A DNA stretch of 64,000 bases from Marsupella aquatica (taxonomy: Eukaryota; Plantae; Marchantiophyta), in the NCBI GenBank assembly GCA_973895155.1, contig OZ316895.1, positions 5,521,181 to 5,585,180 on the forward strand, written 5' to 3'. The stretch's first letter is position 1. The number at the start of each line of letters is the position of its first letter. The position numbers were made by a program, and so were the translations under genes. This document shows, piece after piece, positions 13,434 to 26,454 of the stretch. The notes under the pieces were generated by a model, which saw only the letters and a list, made by a program, of their open reading frames with translations, was not told where the DNA came from and searched no databases.

Positions 13434-16400
13434 TCAAAGCTCATCATGAGGTATGTAACTGTAATCACTTTCTGTGGTTTCGCCCTTCTCTGGATCTGAT
13501 GAGATGCCACTGTCCTCAAACGTCCTTTGTTTTGCAGTGTCCTCTGTAGTCAAGTCATCAGACGGACTTTCAATTTTGATGTCTGCTGGTTTCTCGACCT
13601 TTGGTGGCTTTGGTTTCGGCAACTTGCTAATGGAGGTCACCTGCGCGACACAGAGAGAAGGAAACCAGCCACAAGGACATCAAATCTGTTTGAGTTTCCT
13701 TTCATGGATAACTGGAGACGTATTACGACTTGCAGAGCAGCTGCAATGATAAGCATTTGGAGTCTTGCAATTTTAGCTCTAATGAAAGAAAATAATGGTA
13801 ATGTGGTACTGCAATGCTTACAAGCTTTTGCACTGAGCCAACTTCTTTGTATACTTCTTCTGAAGTGAACGCCGGCTTCTCATAACCCTTCAATCTGCGT
13901 AAACACTTTCTAGATGAGGCCTTTATAAATTGCGTAACGAGTTGTTAGACCACCTTTGTCTAAAGATGTGAAACATTTTCCGAAAATGAGGCTTGTTGTC
14001 TGTTCATCGAATTACAATTCTGCAGGAGCCACATACTAATCTGCATACAACATTTCTGACTAGGATTCTACCAAGGGCAATAATCAGAGGTCGAGGTTTA
14101 CTTTTGCTGCTGGGCTTCCATATCATCCAGCCACTGTCGTATGGCCTTAATCTCCCCTTGTAACTGCACAAACAAAGAAATGTTTCGAATTAACCGTCTC
14201 GTGGGGGACCCTACTCAATTTGAGTTCCATGAAAGATTCACTTAGTTCATTGGTAGTAACATTGCAGTTACAGTCCACACACCTTATCCAGTTTCTCCTT
14301 GGGTATCCACGGTTTGCTTTTCTCCCATCCTTCCAATGTCTGCCAAAAGATTCACATTGTGGTTAGGAACTGCCTAAAGTTGATCGAATTGATACATCCT
14401 TAGTGATTCCTCTGTTACTTTTTTTCTCTCTCAACGTGTATCTGGATTGCAGGGAACAATTTCTTTGGAAAAACAAATATTGAGTGGCTTTCACACCTCA
14501 TCAATAGACGCTAGGTATGATCGAGCAGCTTGAACTGCGACGGGTCTAGCTTCAAGCTCCGTTACCCTGTTTCTCCATCCACACGGACAGGCCATCAGTT
14601 TTGCCGCCTGTGTCTGAGCAAAGGAGTTCATCGTACAGAGCTTGCAACATCCAACTTCACGACAAATGCACAGGCCTACGTCAATCTCAGAGTCCTTAGA
14701 GGGCAGCTATAAGATTGACGTAGGACTTTAAGGACTCTCCACATTGAACATCTAATAAGAGTTCAATGTACAGAGCTTGCACCGATTTTAAGGACTCTCA
14801 ACATTGAACATCTTATAAGAGGCTTGACTCTGCACTTTCTTGTTTCATTCTTGCTCAGTAGGCATACGCCATTTTAGTAGAATCGTGTCCTGCCCCTGCA
14901 TTGTCGCACTTTTTCACTTAAACTAGATCTGAGCTCTTGTTTAGTGTGGAATTTTGTTGTAACTATGAAACTAATTCTAACAACAATTACCATAGCCCAT
15001 GCAGGTAACTTAAGTGAGAAAAAGCTGTGTAAGATAAGATATAGAAAACGTTAAACCCAAAAATAAAGATTTTGGTGGAACTTGCTAAGTACCTGGTAAA
15101 TAGCTCTTCCCCGCTCTTTTGAAGGGCTGCCAACTTCTTTTGAAATTCTTCAGCAGACGCATTTTCACCGTCCAGGTACAACCAGTCTTCTCCCTGTTGT
15201 GTGGAATTGATGATCAGTGACAATTTGGTAAATAACAATAAAAGGTCATGATCTCAATTACACAAATATTGCTCTTAAACGCAGTACCCACCTCACTGAG
15301 CTCTTCGCGCAAGGCATCACGTTGATCCTCGGTTGAAACTGTTTCGATGTTTTCCACTGACTCAAGCTGCACATGGTCCAGCCATAACAAACCTATGAGT
15401 ATGAAGTCCATATTTCATCTGGCATCAACGCCGCAAATAGTTGCCAGACTGAGATGTATGTTACTAAATCCTGCAGAATTTGTGTTACTAAACCCAAGCT
15501 TTCAAGTGCTGACTTAGTGAGTATAACAATCCAGTGGAGATCTACCTTGTCCTTGGTGGCATAAATATAGGCTTCCAAGCTGTTCTTGGCCTCAGCTGTC
15601 TTTCTTTTCTCGGCATCCTTGCGCTCAAGCTTTTCAAGCCTGGCCACAGCATCCAAGATGGATTTACTGGAGAGAGGCTGATTGATTCCCTTGGTCAGAT
15701 CCTTTATCTGTGACAAAAGAATCATGAAAAATTAGTGTCTAGATCTACGAAAATCAAGATTGATTTCCTCCTTTTGTGACTTCAATGCCTTCTCATCGGA
15801 GCTTTCTTCAACACCATCTTGTGACCAAACAATGAAAGGCCATTTGTCTTCTCGTAAAGCACTCTAATCTATAAAAAGTCGACTACGAGAGAACCGGTGA
15901 GTAGACACGGACGACAAGGTCAGATGTCACTTATACCTTTAGAGGGACTCTTATGGTCCTCTTCCTCAATTTCCTTGTCACGAGTGGTTCAGTCGCTACT
16001 GATTCATCATTAATTAACCCGTCAACAGACCCATCAACAGCGAAGGACTCTGTATTGTCTGAACTTTTGCTTTCTTCGTAGGGAACAGTGTTCTCTGGCC
16101 CCTTGCTGTCCTCAGTACCTGCCCCCTCCTCAGTCGTCTTGTCCTTGGTGTCTGTTGTCGTTTCATTTAAAATAATGTTCTTGATTGGAACCTCATGCCA
16201 CTCGGTCACCTCGACAACAGTTTCAGCCTTGTCCAAATTTAGCACACCGCTTTGACTCAAAGAAAAGTGTAAATTTGTTTTGATAGGAGCGGATAGGTTG
16301 TAGGATTCATATCTGCCAGGGAATCCAAACAAACCACGGATTCAAATTCCTGAATGCATTTCTTCTTCTTAGCCACCACCGACGAAATTCCTGTCACAAC

Positions 16401-19087
16401 GAAAAGTTGCAGGTGCAATCCTTAAAAGCATTCAAATATCAATCGAGCTTATAGCATAAAACGGAAGGGTGGGAAAACACCAAAATCTTTGAGAATATAC
16501 TTTTTAGCTGCATCCGTGACCCCGGCGATCTGGAAGACTGCAAAGTTTGGATTTGTTACGCCAGGAGGCAACAAGCTAGCATGATACTGCAGTGAGATTT
16601 GGAAGTCCTCTTTCAGACTCTTAAACGATCGGAACACCTAGAACACAATCACAACAACTTATCATTTTTAGAACTCATCAGCGAAAGGTATTAGGGCCCA
16701 TGCAATATATCGCGGGAACTTCTGACTGCTGGAGAACATGTCTACATAAGCATCCAATAGCTACAGTCCTACATCTATCATTTGCTACCATCTGCCCAAT
16801 ATTGAAACTGCCGAAATTCATAGCGTTTCACGGAGAGAGACACAGCTACCCTAACTAACCTTGCTTGGAACTCTTTTCAATCGGGGAATCAAAATCTGGT
16901 CTCCATCCATATCTTCCAGAACCTTTGGGCTAGCACCGTCCACTTTCAAGACAATAGTGTACGGTGCGGCATCCACCATTCCGAACTTGCGATTCAGCTT
17001 GACCCTGTCACTGAGATTTGCTGCGTGGAGTGCGGCTCCCAACGATATTGCTTCGTCTGCATCTAAGTGTCTGTCTAAAGCTTTCTTCCCCAAGAAATCA
17101 GACAGTACCGCCTGAAAACATAGGTCCATGGAAAGATATTGAACGGGAAATTTAGAAAGGAAAGGTATATCAAACATGCAAACTTATCCTCAAGGCGTGG
17201 GATACCTTGTAAATACAATCTCCGGCCGAGTGGGTCTAGCTATCATCATCAAAATACTATGTCCTTCATGGAACCTCCCCATGGACAGAGAAGGGCGTAA
17301 CATGAAATGAATTCCATTCTTACCTGTACTTTTGGTACACGTGTAGCTCCACCTATAAGCTCAACAGCATGTAAATCTTCTACAGTCAGGAGCGCTTCTG
17401 CCAAGACTTCTTTGACCGGAACCAAAGCTCTTTCCCATAGGTCGCTACAGAGTTCTTCAAATTTCTGCCGCGTAATGGAGCTCCTGAATAAGGAACAAGG
17501 CATTAGAGGCTACTCAAAATGTCTAGAAGTCACTCATGAAATCCCCAGGGATGACAGAGAAACCGCAACCGTATTTTGTTTAACCGGCATGGTGGAATCA
17601 AAATTTGAAAAAGCGGCTAAGTTGACAGACGGTGCCCGTCCTCCTAGCTGACATCATCTGCCTAGGAACGGGTGTATTATATGGCCAGGAGTGACCCGTC
17701 TGCATTTCGACTGAATCCCACTAGCTAGTCAGTTCGGCGAGACCTCCAGAAGCTCTAAATGCGACAGCCTTTAATGATTCAATTAAGAGATGGCACCACA
17801 ATTCTAGACTTGTCAATCTCTCACAGTTGCTGATGTGCAACTGAGCACACTTCAAAGGAGGTGAATTCAAGGCTTCACACCTGAAGTCCCGATCATCATG
17901 TAAGGCTTCTACCGAGAGAGGAGCCTCAGTATTGGCACTCAAAATTTCTTTAGTACGCTTCACTTGCTTCTTCAACTTCGCCATGGCTTTCGGGAATTTG
18001 CGCACATCGAATTTTCCTCCCACTTGTTTGTTGAATTCCTGAGCAAAATGGTCCAGAAGCCTCGCCTCCATAGTTTGTCCACCCAGTGAGGCATCCCATC
18101 TCACACCTTTGACCTGCCCATTACACAAACTTCACAACCGTCACCAATATGCTCATAGATAAAGGACCACTGCGAACTTGCTTGGTTCTAAATCTCAGCA
18201 AAGGGCCAAACTCACTGTGAAGACTCGGTCCTCACCTGGAATTGATTGACAGTGCTGGTCTTGCCTCTGTCCTTGCCCTGGTAAGAAGAGAATTGGACCA
18301 ACGCAGCATACAAACTGTTGGCCCCCATGTCATAAAATATAACATTCCTGGTCTCGTTGCTGAAGTCCTTATCGATACCGTACTGAAGGGCGGCACCCGA
18401 ATGCTCATTGACCAGTGCAAGCACCGTGATGCCTGCAATTTGAGCAGCATCTAGAATGCCTTTCCTCTCCACCTGACCAAAGTAAGCCGGCACTGTGATC
18501 ACCGCATCCGTGATCGTGCTCTTGGCGTGAGCCTCGGCTAAATCACGACAATATCCCAAAACCATAGCGACTAATTCCTCTGTAGTGAAAATGGACTGCT
18601 TATCGTGGGTCCTAATGTTGGCAAGGCCTCTCTCATCGACGACTACGTCGTATGGGAGGTAGCTGGCGGCCAGCATCTCCTTGACGAATTTGACTGGCTT
18701 GCCGACCATGTCCCTGGCTCGCGAGTACACTCTCTCCGGATACCTCACATTAATTCCAGCTGCCTCTTCCGCCAGCAGACGCTCCCCATTCGAGAACGAG
18801 GCCAATGCGGGAGACTTCCTCTTGGACATTTCGTTCAGAGCGATGGAGATCGGAGCCTGCCCCGGCTTCAAATTAACGACTGCCACTTTCATCCATTCCG
18901 ACCCGAGATCTATGCTCATGACCGCCCCATTCGCAGATCTCACCAGCAGCAGCAGAGAAATCAGAAGAAGACTGAATGCTGTCAGACCTAAATTGCCACT
19001 CCATCTCCTCTTCCGTCTAAAAATATCATGCGAAAGTAAACTATATTTGGTCTTATCACGCATGAGCTTAGTTGTACGCCCATGCAT
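13434..19087 (-). CDS. HSP70-17: ER-lumenal large HSP70 / nucleotide-exchange factor (HSP70-17, GRP170/HYOU1 type), 14 coding exons
   Basis: Signal peptide followed by SIDLGSEWMKVAVV, VITVPAYF, YDMGA, ELIGGATRVPKVQ, LDADEA and KNSLEAYIY; ends in the HDEL ER-retention signal. GT-AG exons: 18236-19087, 17881-18113, 17324-17483, 16860-17111, 16501-16637, 15937-16312, 15546-15707, 15292-15366, 15093-15193, 14497-14566, 14283-14339, 14102-14163, 13822-13894, 13434-13640. An acceptor at 19091 indicates a 5'-UTR intron. Confidence 0.95.
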
Positions 19088-20041
19088 CACCTACACAAAT
19101 GCACTCCAAGGTGATCATCTTCAGTGACGAATCTAGATCTTCAGTGACGAATCTATGTCACAGAAAAGCAAGCCTCCAAATTTCCTCCAGTTCAGTGTTA
19201 CAACGCAGGCTACAAACTGAGGTTGTCAACATCTTCGGTCAAGTTTAGTTCCAAGCAAGCAGCTGAAAACAAACAAACCCTCGGCCAATTTATTCCAATT
19301 AAAACTGACAGATGATCAATCAACCAACCAATCAAATCAGGAAAAATACAAGTGCGGAGCAGGGCCAGAAAAAGCGTACCAAAGACACCATGTCTAAGAG
19401 AAACCCTAACCCTGACAACACTCGAATTGACAACTCTCGTCCACTGTCTGCCTGCCTTCTTTGCCTTCTTTGCTTGCTGATTCTCCTTGTTCCAAATTCC
19501 GCCCACTCCCGTCCTACAATGGTTCGAAATGTTGCTGTTGCTTGCCCCTCTACCAGCACCGAGTCACTCCTAAGCTGGATCTATGCGTCAGCGACGACCA
19601 AGCAGCAGAAGAAGAGGAAGACGACGACCGACGACGCAAAAGGAGAAGAATTCTTAGTTAATCAAGAGCGCGAGGTCTCGATGGACGTGTTGCTGCTCAG
19701 GAAACTTTGGAGGCCACACTCAAATGCACAGTGAGCCGTGGTACTGGCAGTAGCAGCTGCAGCAGGTCTGGTCGTGCTCTCCTCCCGTGCATTCATTCAA
19801 TGAACGCAACTGAGGTCATGAATCGACGAAAAGGGAAGCGAAAACCTCCGAAGAACCGACCAGTCCACCGACCGATGGTTCCATTCGATTTGCAGCACAA
19901 CGAGAGCCCTTATAGTGGTTTTGCTCGTTGTGGTTTGGCTTGTTGTGATATTCGGTGTTTTTATAGAGAACAAGGCATTGTGAAACTTCTCGGCTACCTT
20001 AATTAAGAAAAATAGTTTTTTTCTTTTTCTTTTTCTTTTTC

Positions 20042-20060
20042 GTGTGTGTGTGTGTGTGTG
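20042..20060. repeat. (GT)n microsatellite after a T-rich tract
   Basis: GTGTGTGTGTGTGTGTGTG. Confidence 0.9.
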
Positions 20061-20074
20061 GAGGGGGTAGGGGG

Positions 20075-20390
20075 GCGCAGGATTGGGAGATGGGCATGGG
20101 CACCCCCCAATGGCCTAACGAGGGTGCCCATTGCCCATCTCCCAAATAGCCCAATGTTTGGGTGGGGGCATAATGAAACTTCTTTCCCCTAACAACAAGA
20201 GCAGCACAACGAGAGCCCATATTTGACATACCCTAACTAGAGCGCCTGATGCCCATCTCCCAAGTAGCACCATGCAGGTGCCCTGGCATTGGTAGTTGGG
20301 GCCATGCTCCTCTACTTTTACAAAAACTTTTACTAAAACCAATGCTAAAACGGGGTGGCCCATTGCCCATTTTCCCAACCAGCCCGGTGC
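20075..20390. mobile_element. Small foldback/MITE-like element
   Basis: TTGGGAGATGGGCATGGGCACCC (~20083) is inverted relative to GGGTGCCCATTGCCCATCTCCCAA (~20122), GCCCATCTCCCAA (~20251) and GGGTGGCCCATTGCCCATTTTCCCAA (~20353). Confidence 0.55.
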
Positions 20391-21035
20391 CTGTGCTTTG
20401 CACTATTGTTGTTGTGACCATGCGGTCGCTGCTGTCTTGTGGCATATGTAAGCAAAGAACTGTTGCAACAGCAAAACCTAGTCAATCGTATTGCACGTCA
20501 AGGCCCTGTGATGATGCTGAACATTGGTCAAGAGGGTGAGCGAGGGAGGGATGCAAGGGCAGGGCGTGGGCAAAGCAAGACGACGATGGTGACATTTTCT
20601 TCTTCCTTTTCCCCCTCTCCTCACCTCTCCATCCCCTTTGTCCAAATTTGGATAGAGGCATTGTTAAACTTCCTCTGTACTAGAGTTACTAATAAACCCT
20701 GTTACAAGTGCATAATGGACCATAATAGTTCCTCAAAACTCAAAGCCAAAGAACTTGTTTAGAAAATGCATTCTGGCCTGCCTTGTTACCAGAGTGTCAC
20801 TATATGCAAAATTTGCAATGTAGTCGTCTCTTTCCATTCAGAATTGGCCAGCATTGCTCAGTGACTCCCACTCCCTGGCTCTCTTGCTTCCTCTCCCTCT
20901 TGCTCAGTCTGTTTTTGTCTCTCTGGTGAGCTTTTCTCAAGACTAGTTGAGCTCAAAAGTCAGAAGTCCATTGGTTGACAAAGCTGTCCAGCAGGCCTGT
21001 GAATTAAGGTACAAGTCACAAACCAAGCAAAGTAA

Positions 21036-21474
21036 GAGCATCTCCACCCACACTCCGTTTCTTGCTCCTTTCACCCACTTAATAACAGCCAAATGAACCA
21101 TATAGCGAGAAAATCCGGTCATTGTCTTCCCCCATCAGTAACCCACATCTATAAGTATATAGAGATGGACAGCCAAATCCAAACTGCCGACTGCCAGTTT
21201 TAGCAAGACAAGCTATTGCCATTTTCATAATCAGTACTAGAGAACACATCCAAATTAGTTGGTATAGTACATTTGAACGTACAAATACACAATTTGAGGA
21301 ATGGAGGTAATTTTAAAAAAAAAATTTTTAATTTATTTTAATTTATTTTAGGGGGGGAGGTGTTTGAGGTGGGGTTGTGGGCTGTCAAAAATAATACTGT
21401 CATCTCAATGCCCAGTAATGCACCTCTGTTTCTATTGTTTGGGAGCATTGGCCACCAAACCGGTGGACATGCTC
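21036..21474. mobile_element. PIF/Harbinger (Tourist-like) MITE, 439 bp
   Basis: TIRs GAGCATCTCCAC / GTGGACATGCTC (1 mismatch), with TAA on both flanks (21033-21035 and 21475-21477), the typical PIF/Tourist TSD. Confidence 0.8.
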
Positions 21475-22369
21475 TAAGGGTGGCTTTACAAGAAGTTGCG
21501 GCCATTGCTTCCTTTTATTCCATTCAAGATTAAATCTGGACTAAAGCTGTTTCCAAGCTACAGTAGCTTCCACATAACCCCATTGGTCATGTATAGAGCA
21601 GCATTTTGCTTAGTGACAAATTTTAGCCAAAATGGGTGGTCAGGAAAACCTTTCCCAACTTTTGGTGAATTACTTGCTAATTCTTTGGGTAACCATATGC
21701 CAGTTTCCTACCACAGGACGTATTTGTATAATGCGAGCAAACAGGAATTTTCTTAGCGATTAAAGTGTTGTTAGTGAGTCACTAGTGGTTTTAAACTTCT
21801 TTTGATTTTTGCTGCCTTTTAAATTTTAGTGTTTTTTAAAGACTCCATATGGCTAGCGAGTTTGCTAGCCATAAGAGGAGTCCAACAATTGGATGTTACC
21901 AACCAGGTTGCTCTTAGCAAGGCAGTTGGCTATAAGAAAACAAGGGTTATGTGAGTATAAATTTTGCAAGTGTGAAGATTTATTTTACTGTTTCTTGCAT
22001 GCTACAATGACCCCTACCACAACACATTTCTAGCAGTCAGTCTGGCGGCTGTCCTTAAATTTAGGGAGACTATGTGACTATCACTTCTTTTGGATGTAAA
22101 TAATGGTGAGCATAAATAAAATTACTCATTTATGATTTGTCCTCATTCCCTGCACCCTAAAAATTAAGTGACCGAGGCAGAGTCTAGGGTAAAATCTTCA
22201 AAATTGCTCTGCAGTTCAGCACCAACAGAGAAAGTAACTCGTGTAGACAACCACTCGTGTAACCAACCACTGGGTATTGATCACAGCTCCACGTATGGAA
22301 AGTACGCCGGATCGAAAGAAAGATACCAATGGTCTGTACCAATCGCACTTTTCGGGACTGTCCCTGTTT

Positions 22370-22475
22370 GGGGCCTTTTGACGTGATTGGTTCCTCTGTC
22401 TGGCAGCCTCCTCTTATTGGCCCAAATGCACGCTTGGTGTCATTCAGCCTGCTCCGAGGATGCCACGTGTAAGTA
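22370..22475 (+). promoter_or_regulatory. Putative CcmE promoter elements (ACGT/G-box and site II-like)
   Basis: TTGACGTG (~22378), GGCCCA (reverse of site II TGGGCC, ~22419) and GCCACGTG (~22462), about 400 bp upstream of the ATG. Function is inferred from motif identity only. Confidence 0.35.
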
Positions 22476-22844
22476 TGACCATTTGGGATGCTCCCATTGG
22501 TTCACTTCGCTGGTTTAGAGTTTTCCAGAGAACTCGCAATGAGGGAATGGGAGTGGGAGTAGGGTGGCGATGCCAATTGGCAACGCTCACCATCCCACTC
22601 CCACTTCCGAACTTCTGGGAGTGGGATTGGGAGTGGGAGTGCGTATACTCCCACCGGCAGGGTCATGAAACCGTAGCCTCTGGGCTCGGCTGGAGAATCG
22701 TCGAGGCTTTTGCAGAAGAGGCGAAGGAGAAAAAAGCGCTTCCGTTTCGATTTTGTGGATCGAGAGGAGATGAGTGGTTTTGTAGGCCGACGTATGTGAT
22801 TTGGTGGTGAAGAGATCGAGTGGTCGCCCGATAATTTGTAGGAG

Positions 22845-25327
22845 ATGATCGCGTCAAGTGTTCGGCGAATTGCGGGAAAAGTTTTGAGCACGGGTGGTTC
22901 GAGTTTGGCCCGAAAATGTGGCCACGAGGGTGAAATAGTGCTCAGGGAGACGATTGGTCTCGATGCCTGTGCTAATCGGATCTCCGAGCTTGGACCGGCC
23001 TTTCCGTCGGCCCGTTTCTTCGCTTCTACGGTGGGACGGAGTCGGTCCGCGGGAGCAGGCGGAACTGGATTGCCTGTTCGGGCGATATTGGAAGTTGCAT
23101 CTACCTGTCGACAATTATTAAGGTGCCAACTGATGCCGGATAGCTTGTCTCCCGATTTCTATGATGTCGTGTCTCAATCCCATGGATATCTAGACAGCCA
23201 AGGTCATCGATTGCTTTTTGAACCTAAATTTGAAGGTCAGTCTTTTGCCAGACATGTTAGTGTTTGCTCATAGTTGGTTTTCAAGTGCGGTCGAAAATTA
23301 GGGTTATGTTCTCAGTCCATATTTGAAACACTGAATAGCAATAGTTTCCAATTACTTTCAGCTCGAATTCGGGTTTTTTCTGTCCCACCCCTCCCTGCTA
23401 CCAAAATTCAGAATGTTCCGACCCTGGTCGTACGTTAGGAACTTTTGAATCGAGTTGGATGCAAATGAATTCGGAGGGAGAGGACTTCTGATGTCCAGTG
23501 CTATCCGACTTCTGGCTATGGATGTCCAACTAGTTATGAGCTCATTTGGGGGACTATTAGCAGTTGTCAAATTTACGAGGGTATTTAAACCCTAAGGGCC
23601 TTGATTCAAGCCGACACCTAGTTTCCTCATTATAATTTCTGGGGTTTGTAGAGATGGTCAACTGCGAGCTTACAGCAGTGCCTTCAAAGGTCAAAGGGGC
23701 CGGGCAGATATTGGAGCCAGAGCGAGGCAAAACCAAGCACGGCGCTTGTGGACTATTGCCATCAGTGGCACCTTGGTGGCTGGCTTTATCATCATTGTTC
23801 TTAATACGTTCCAAGAGAATATGATGTTTTACATTACTCCTTCTCAGGTTTGCTACCAAATCCCTCAATTGACTTTTCCAGTCGTGTGATGTAGAGAGAC
23901 AGTTCGTGATTTGGAATGATGGAGATGATCCAAAGAAGGTGTCGAAGTTTACGCTTGCTGGACCCTATCGACCATTGGGAACTACTGATGAATGTTCTCC
24001 TTGGTTTGCAGGCACTGGAGAAATATTATATTGACCCTTCTAAAAACAAGTTCCGGCTGGGTGGGTTGGTGCTAGAGGGCAGGTAGACTATCAATGCTTA
24101 TGACCTCGTTCTCTTGACATTTCATGTAGTTAGCTCTGGTGAATCCGAAGTGTTTAGAGAAAGCTCGGGCTAAAATCAATTACTAAAGTTTTGTGGAAAA
24201 TCGCCTTGTAGTCGAAATGTTATTGCCTAGGACTGTCGAATCTATTTGAATCCGCATGAAACTGTGCTCTGTTTGTGTGCAACCGTTTGGAAGCTCTAGA
24301 AGTTTCTAATCTGTATGTGAACTCTTTTGTCGCACTTTCTTCATGCAGCGTACACCATTCGAAGACAGGAACTGAAATGGAATTTGTTGTCACTGACTTA
24401 GCAAATGAGGTAAGGTTATTTCGTAGTGAGAAGCATTATTGAATTGGTCTGTTTTGTTGAGTCAGTGCTTTCTGAATTGGAGTGAGATACAATGGGAGGG
24501 AACGTTGTGCCTTGTCCTATCTCTCTAGTGTTTCTGAGCAAAGATTTGGCGATTCTCTTTTCTAAATGAGAGCTCAGTTTCAGTCTAATAGTGCACAGTC
24601 GAAATGATTGTTTTTCAAGCAATGTACTCGCGGCATTAGTTTTCCATTGTTTCACAAACTATGCGTTAAAACTCGCATCTGATTGTGCAGATTTTGGTTC
24701 GATATCGGGGTGCTTTGCCAGATTTGTTCCGCGAAGGGCATTCTGTGGTTGCGGAGGGATACCTGCGTCCCCTTGATTCATACCCCGGGAGGCCGGAAAC
24801 TCGAAATGATCCTACTGCAGCACTGGCTGAGAAGGCAAAGGAAGCTGGTTGCTACTTTACTGCTGTAGAAGTGCTAGCAAAACATGACGAGGTACGTTCT
24901 CTTGCCGTGCTATTTTTTTCAGTTTAATCCCTTGTGTGCTGCATGCATATCATAATGAGTTCCTCATGTCAGCTCACATGCCAGAGAATTGCAAATTATC
25001 GTGGGTACTGTGCTGCAGGGATGGCAGCTCGTCACTCACCGGGTCGGTGGGCTATTTTTCTTAAACCCAGTCCGAGCGTTCCTGGTTTGAATCGTACTAA
25101 TTTGGGTAACGTTTGGAATGCATGAAATGATGCAGAAATATATGCCAAAGGAAGTTGCAGCAGCCATAGAGAAGAATAAGGCAGCTCAAGAGGCGCAACA
25201 ATTGGCTCTGTCAGGGGCTATAGCGCAAACACCCGTTATCCAGGAGTCGCCTGTTCCATCTGCTGGTCAAAAGCGGAAGGGTGTTTCTCAGACCCCTGTA
25301 ATAGCTCAGCAGTATGAAATCCGATGA
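22845..25327 (+). CDS. CCME: Mitochondrial cytochrome c maturation heme chaperone CcmE
   Basis: R/S-rich presequence; [12 protein letters not shown] plus a TM helix and [13 protein letters not shown]; [13 protein letters not shown]; FVVTD; [19 protein letters not shown]; heme-binding VLAKHDEKYMP. Exons: 22845-23122 (end uncertain), 23652-23847, 24012-24082, 24349-24409, 24691-24891, 25136-25327. Confidence 0.93.
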
Positions 25328-26454
25328 AATTTCACAATTTTGGTCCTGGATTTTGCCACAAGAGAATTGTTTTAGTGGGTTAGCCGGTAGACCTGTCTAA
25401 GAGAACTGGTAAATTGATGGTCGTGGAATAATGCAACCTACAGTAAACCACAAATAGTGTCGGTTTGAGATGGTGAGGTTGCGGATTTGACAGAATTACA
25501 AACATCTGAACATTTCAGATGAAATAATTGATCCAAGGTGCGTATTCTAAAGTAAGCCTTATGGTGGAGTACCCTCATCGCGAGGTTCCTTTTGTCTGTA
25601 ATCCTCATCTGAAATGGGGTTTTGAATGTATACCCCAGAGCTGTAGGGCAAAAGCCTTTTACTTGTTTCGGATTTGGTTCTTCGTAGTTGGTAATTAGTT
25701 ATAATCTAGATCAAGAACAGGAGCCTTGGACAAAGGAAATTGTTCTTGGGTGGCTGTAGGTTCCTTCCCAGTGCCATTTACCGGTAATCCGCGTCAGGGA
25801 TTGGCCGTTCTTTCTCTGCATCGAACGTCCTGCAATTGTCGAATGAGCTCCACGGCAGCATCTGCTCAGGAGTGTCGATGGAGACTTCTGGGGATTTTAA
25901 CAAATGTCAATGTTTATCCGATTCCGAGAAGATTTGTCCTGCTTAATTGTTTGGCTGAATGCACGGGTATGTCACGGCCAGTTTGTGCGAAGAAATCACA
26001 ATGCTATCTAAAAATATCTGAGTGCGATTGGGACTTATGACAAGACGTTGGTAGAGATGACACTCGATCTGAGAAACAGAACAGTAGGTTTGGATTTCGA
26101 GAGTTTCTGCCCAAATCACTCGGATTGATATAGGAGGGAGCTAAATGATGCTTACATTGGTTAGCTCATTTGCGTTACCCTGTGACCTATGCCATGAGAT
26201 GAATTCGGCAATCGAGGGGCATTTGGAGCCATCATTTGGGCGTGGGGCATATCATGCCCACCTGGAGGAGATTTCAAATGTCCCGTCCACAGGTTATATC
26301 CAAGTAATCCACAATTAGCTTGGACTTTAGTATATGTCTCGAGGACTTTTCAGGGTAGACGGAATTCGTGTGGAAGGAAGTACAACCTACAGCCAAACCT
26401 TCGAACAAATATAACCTATCCATGCAACACCACAGTTTATATCCAAATAATCCA

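Noticed and set aside
18605-19127. Plus-strand ORFs overlapping HSP70-17 exon 1, and similar antisense ORFs over LHCB, RH57 and the 55-kb gene
   Set aside because: Antisense shadows of real coding sequence.
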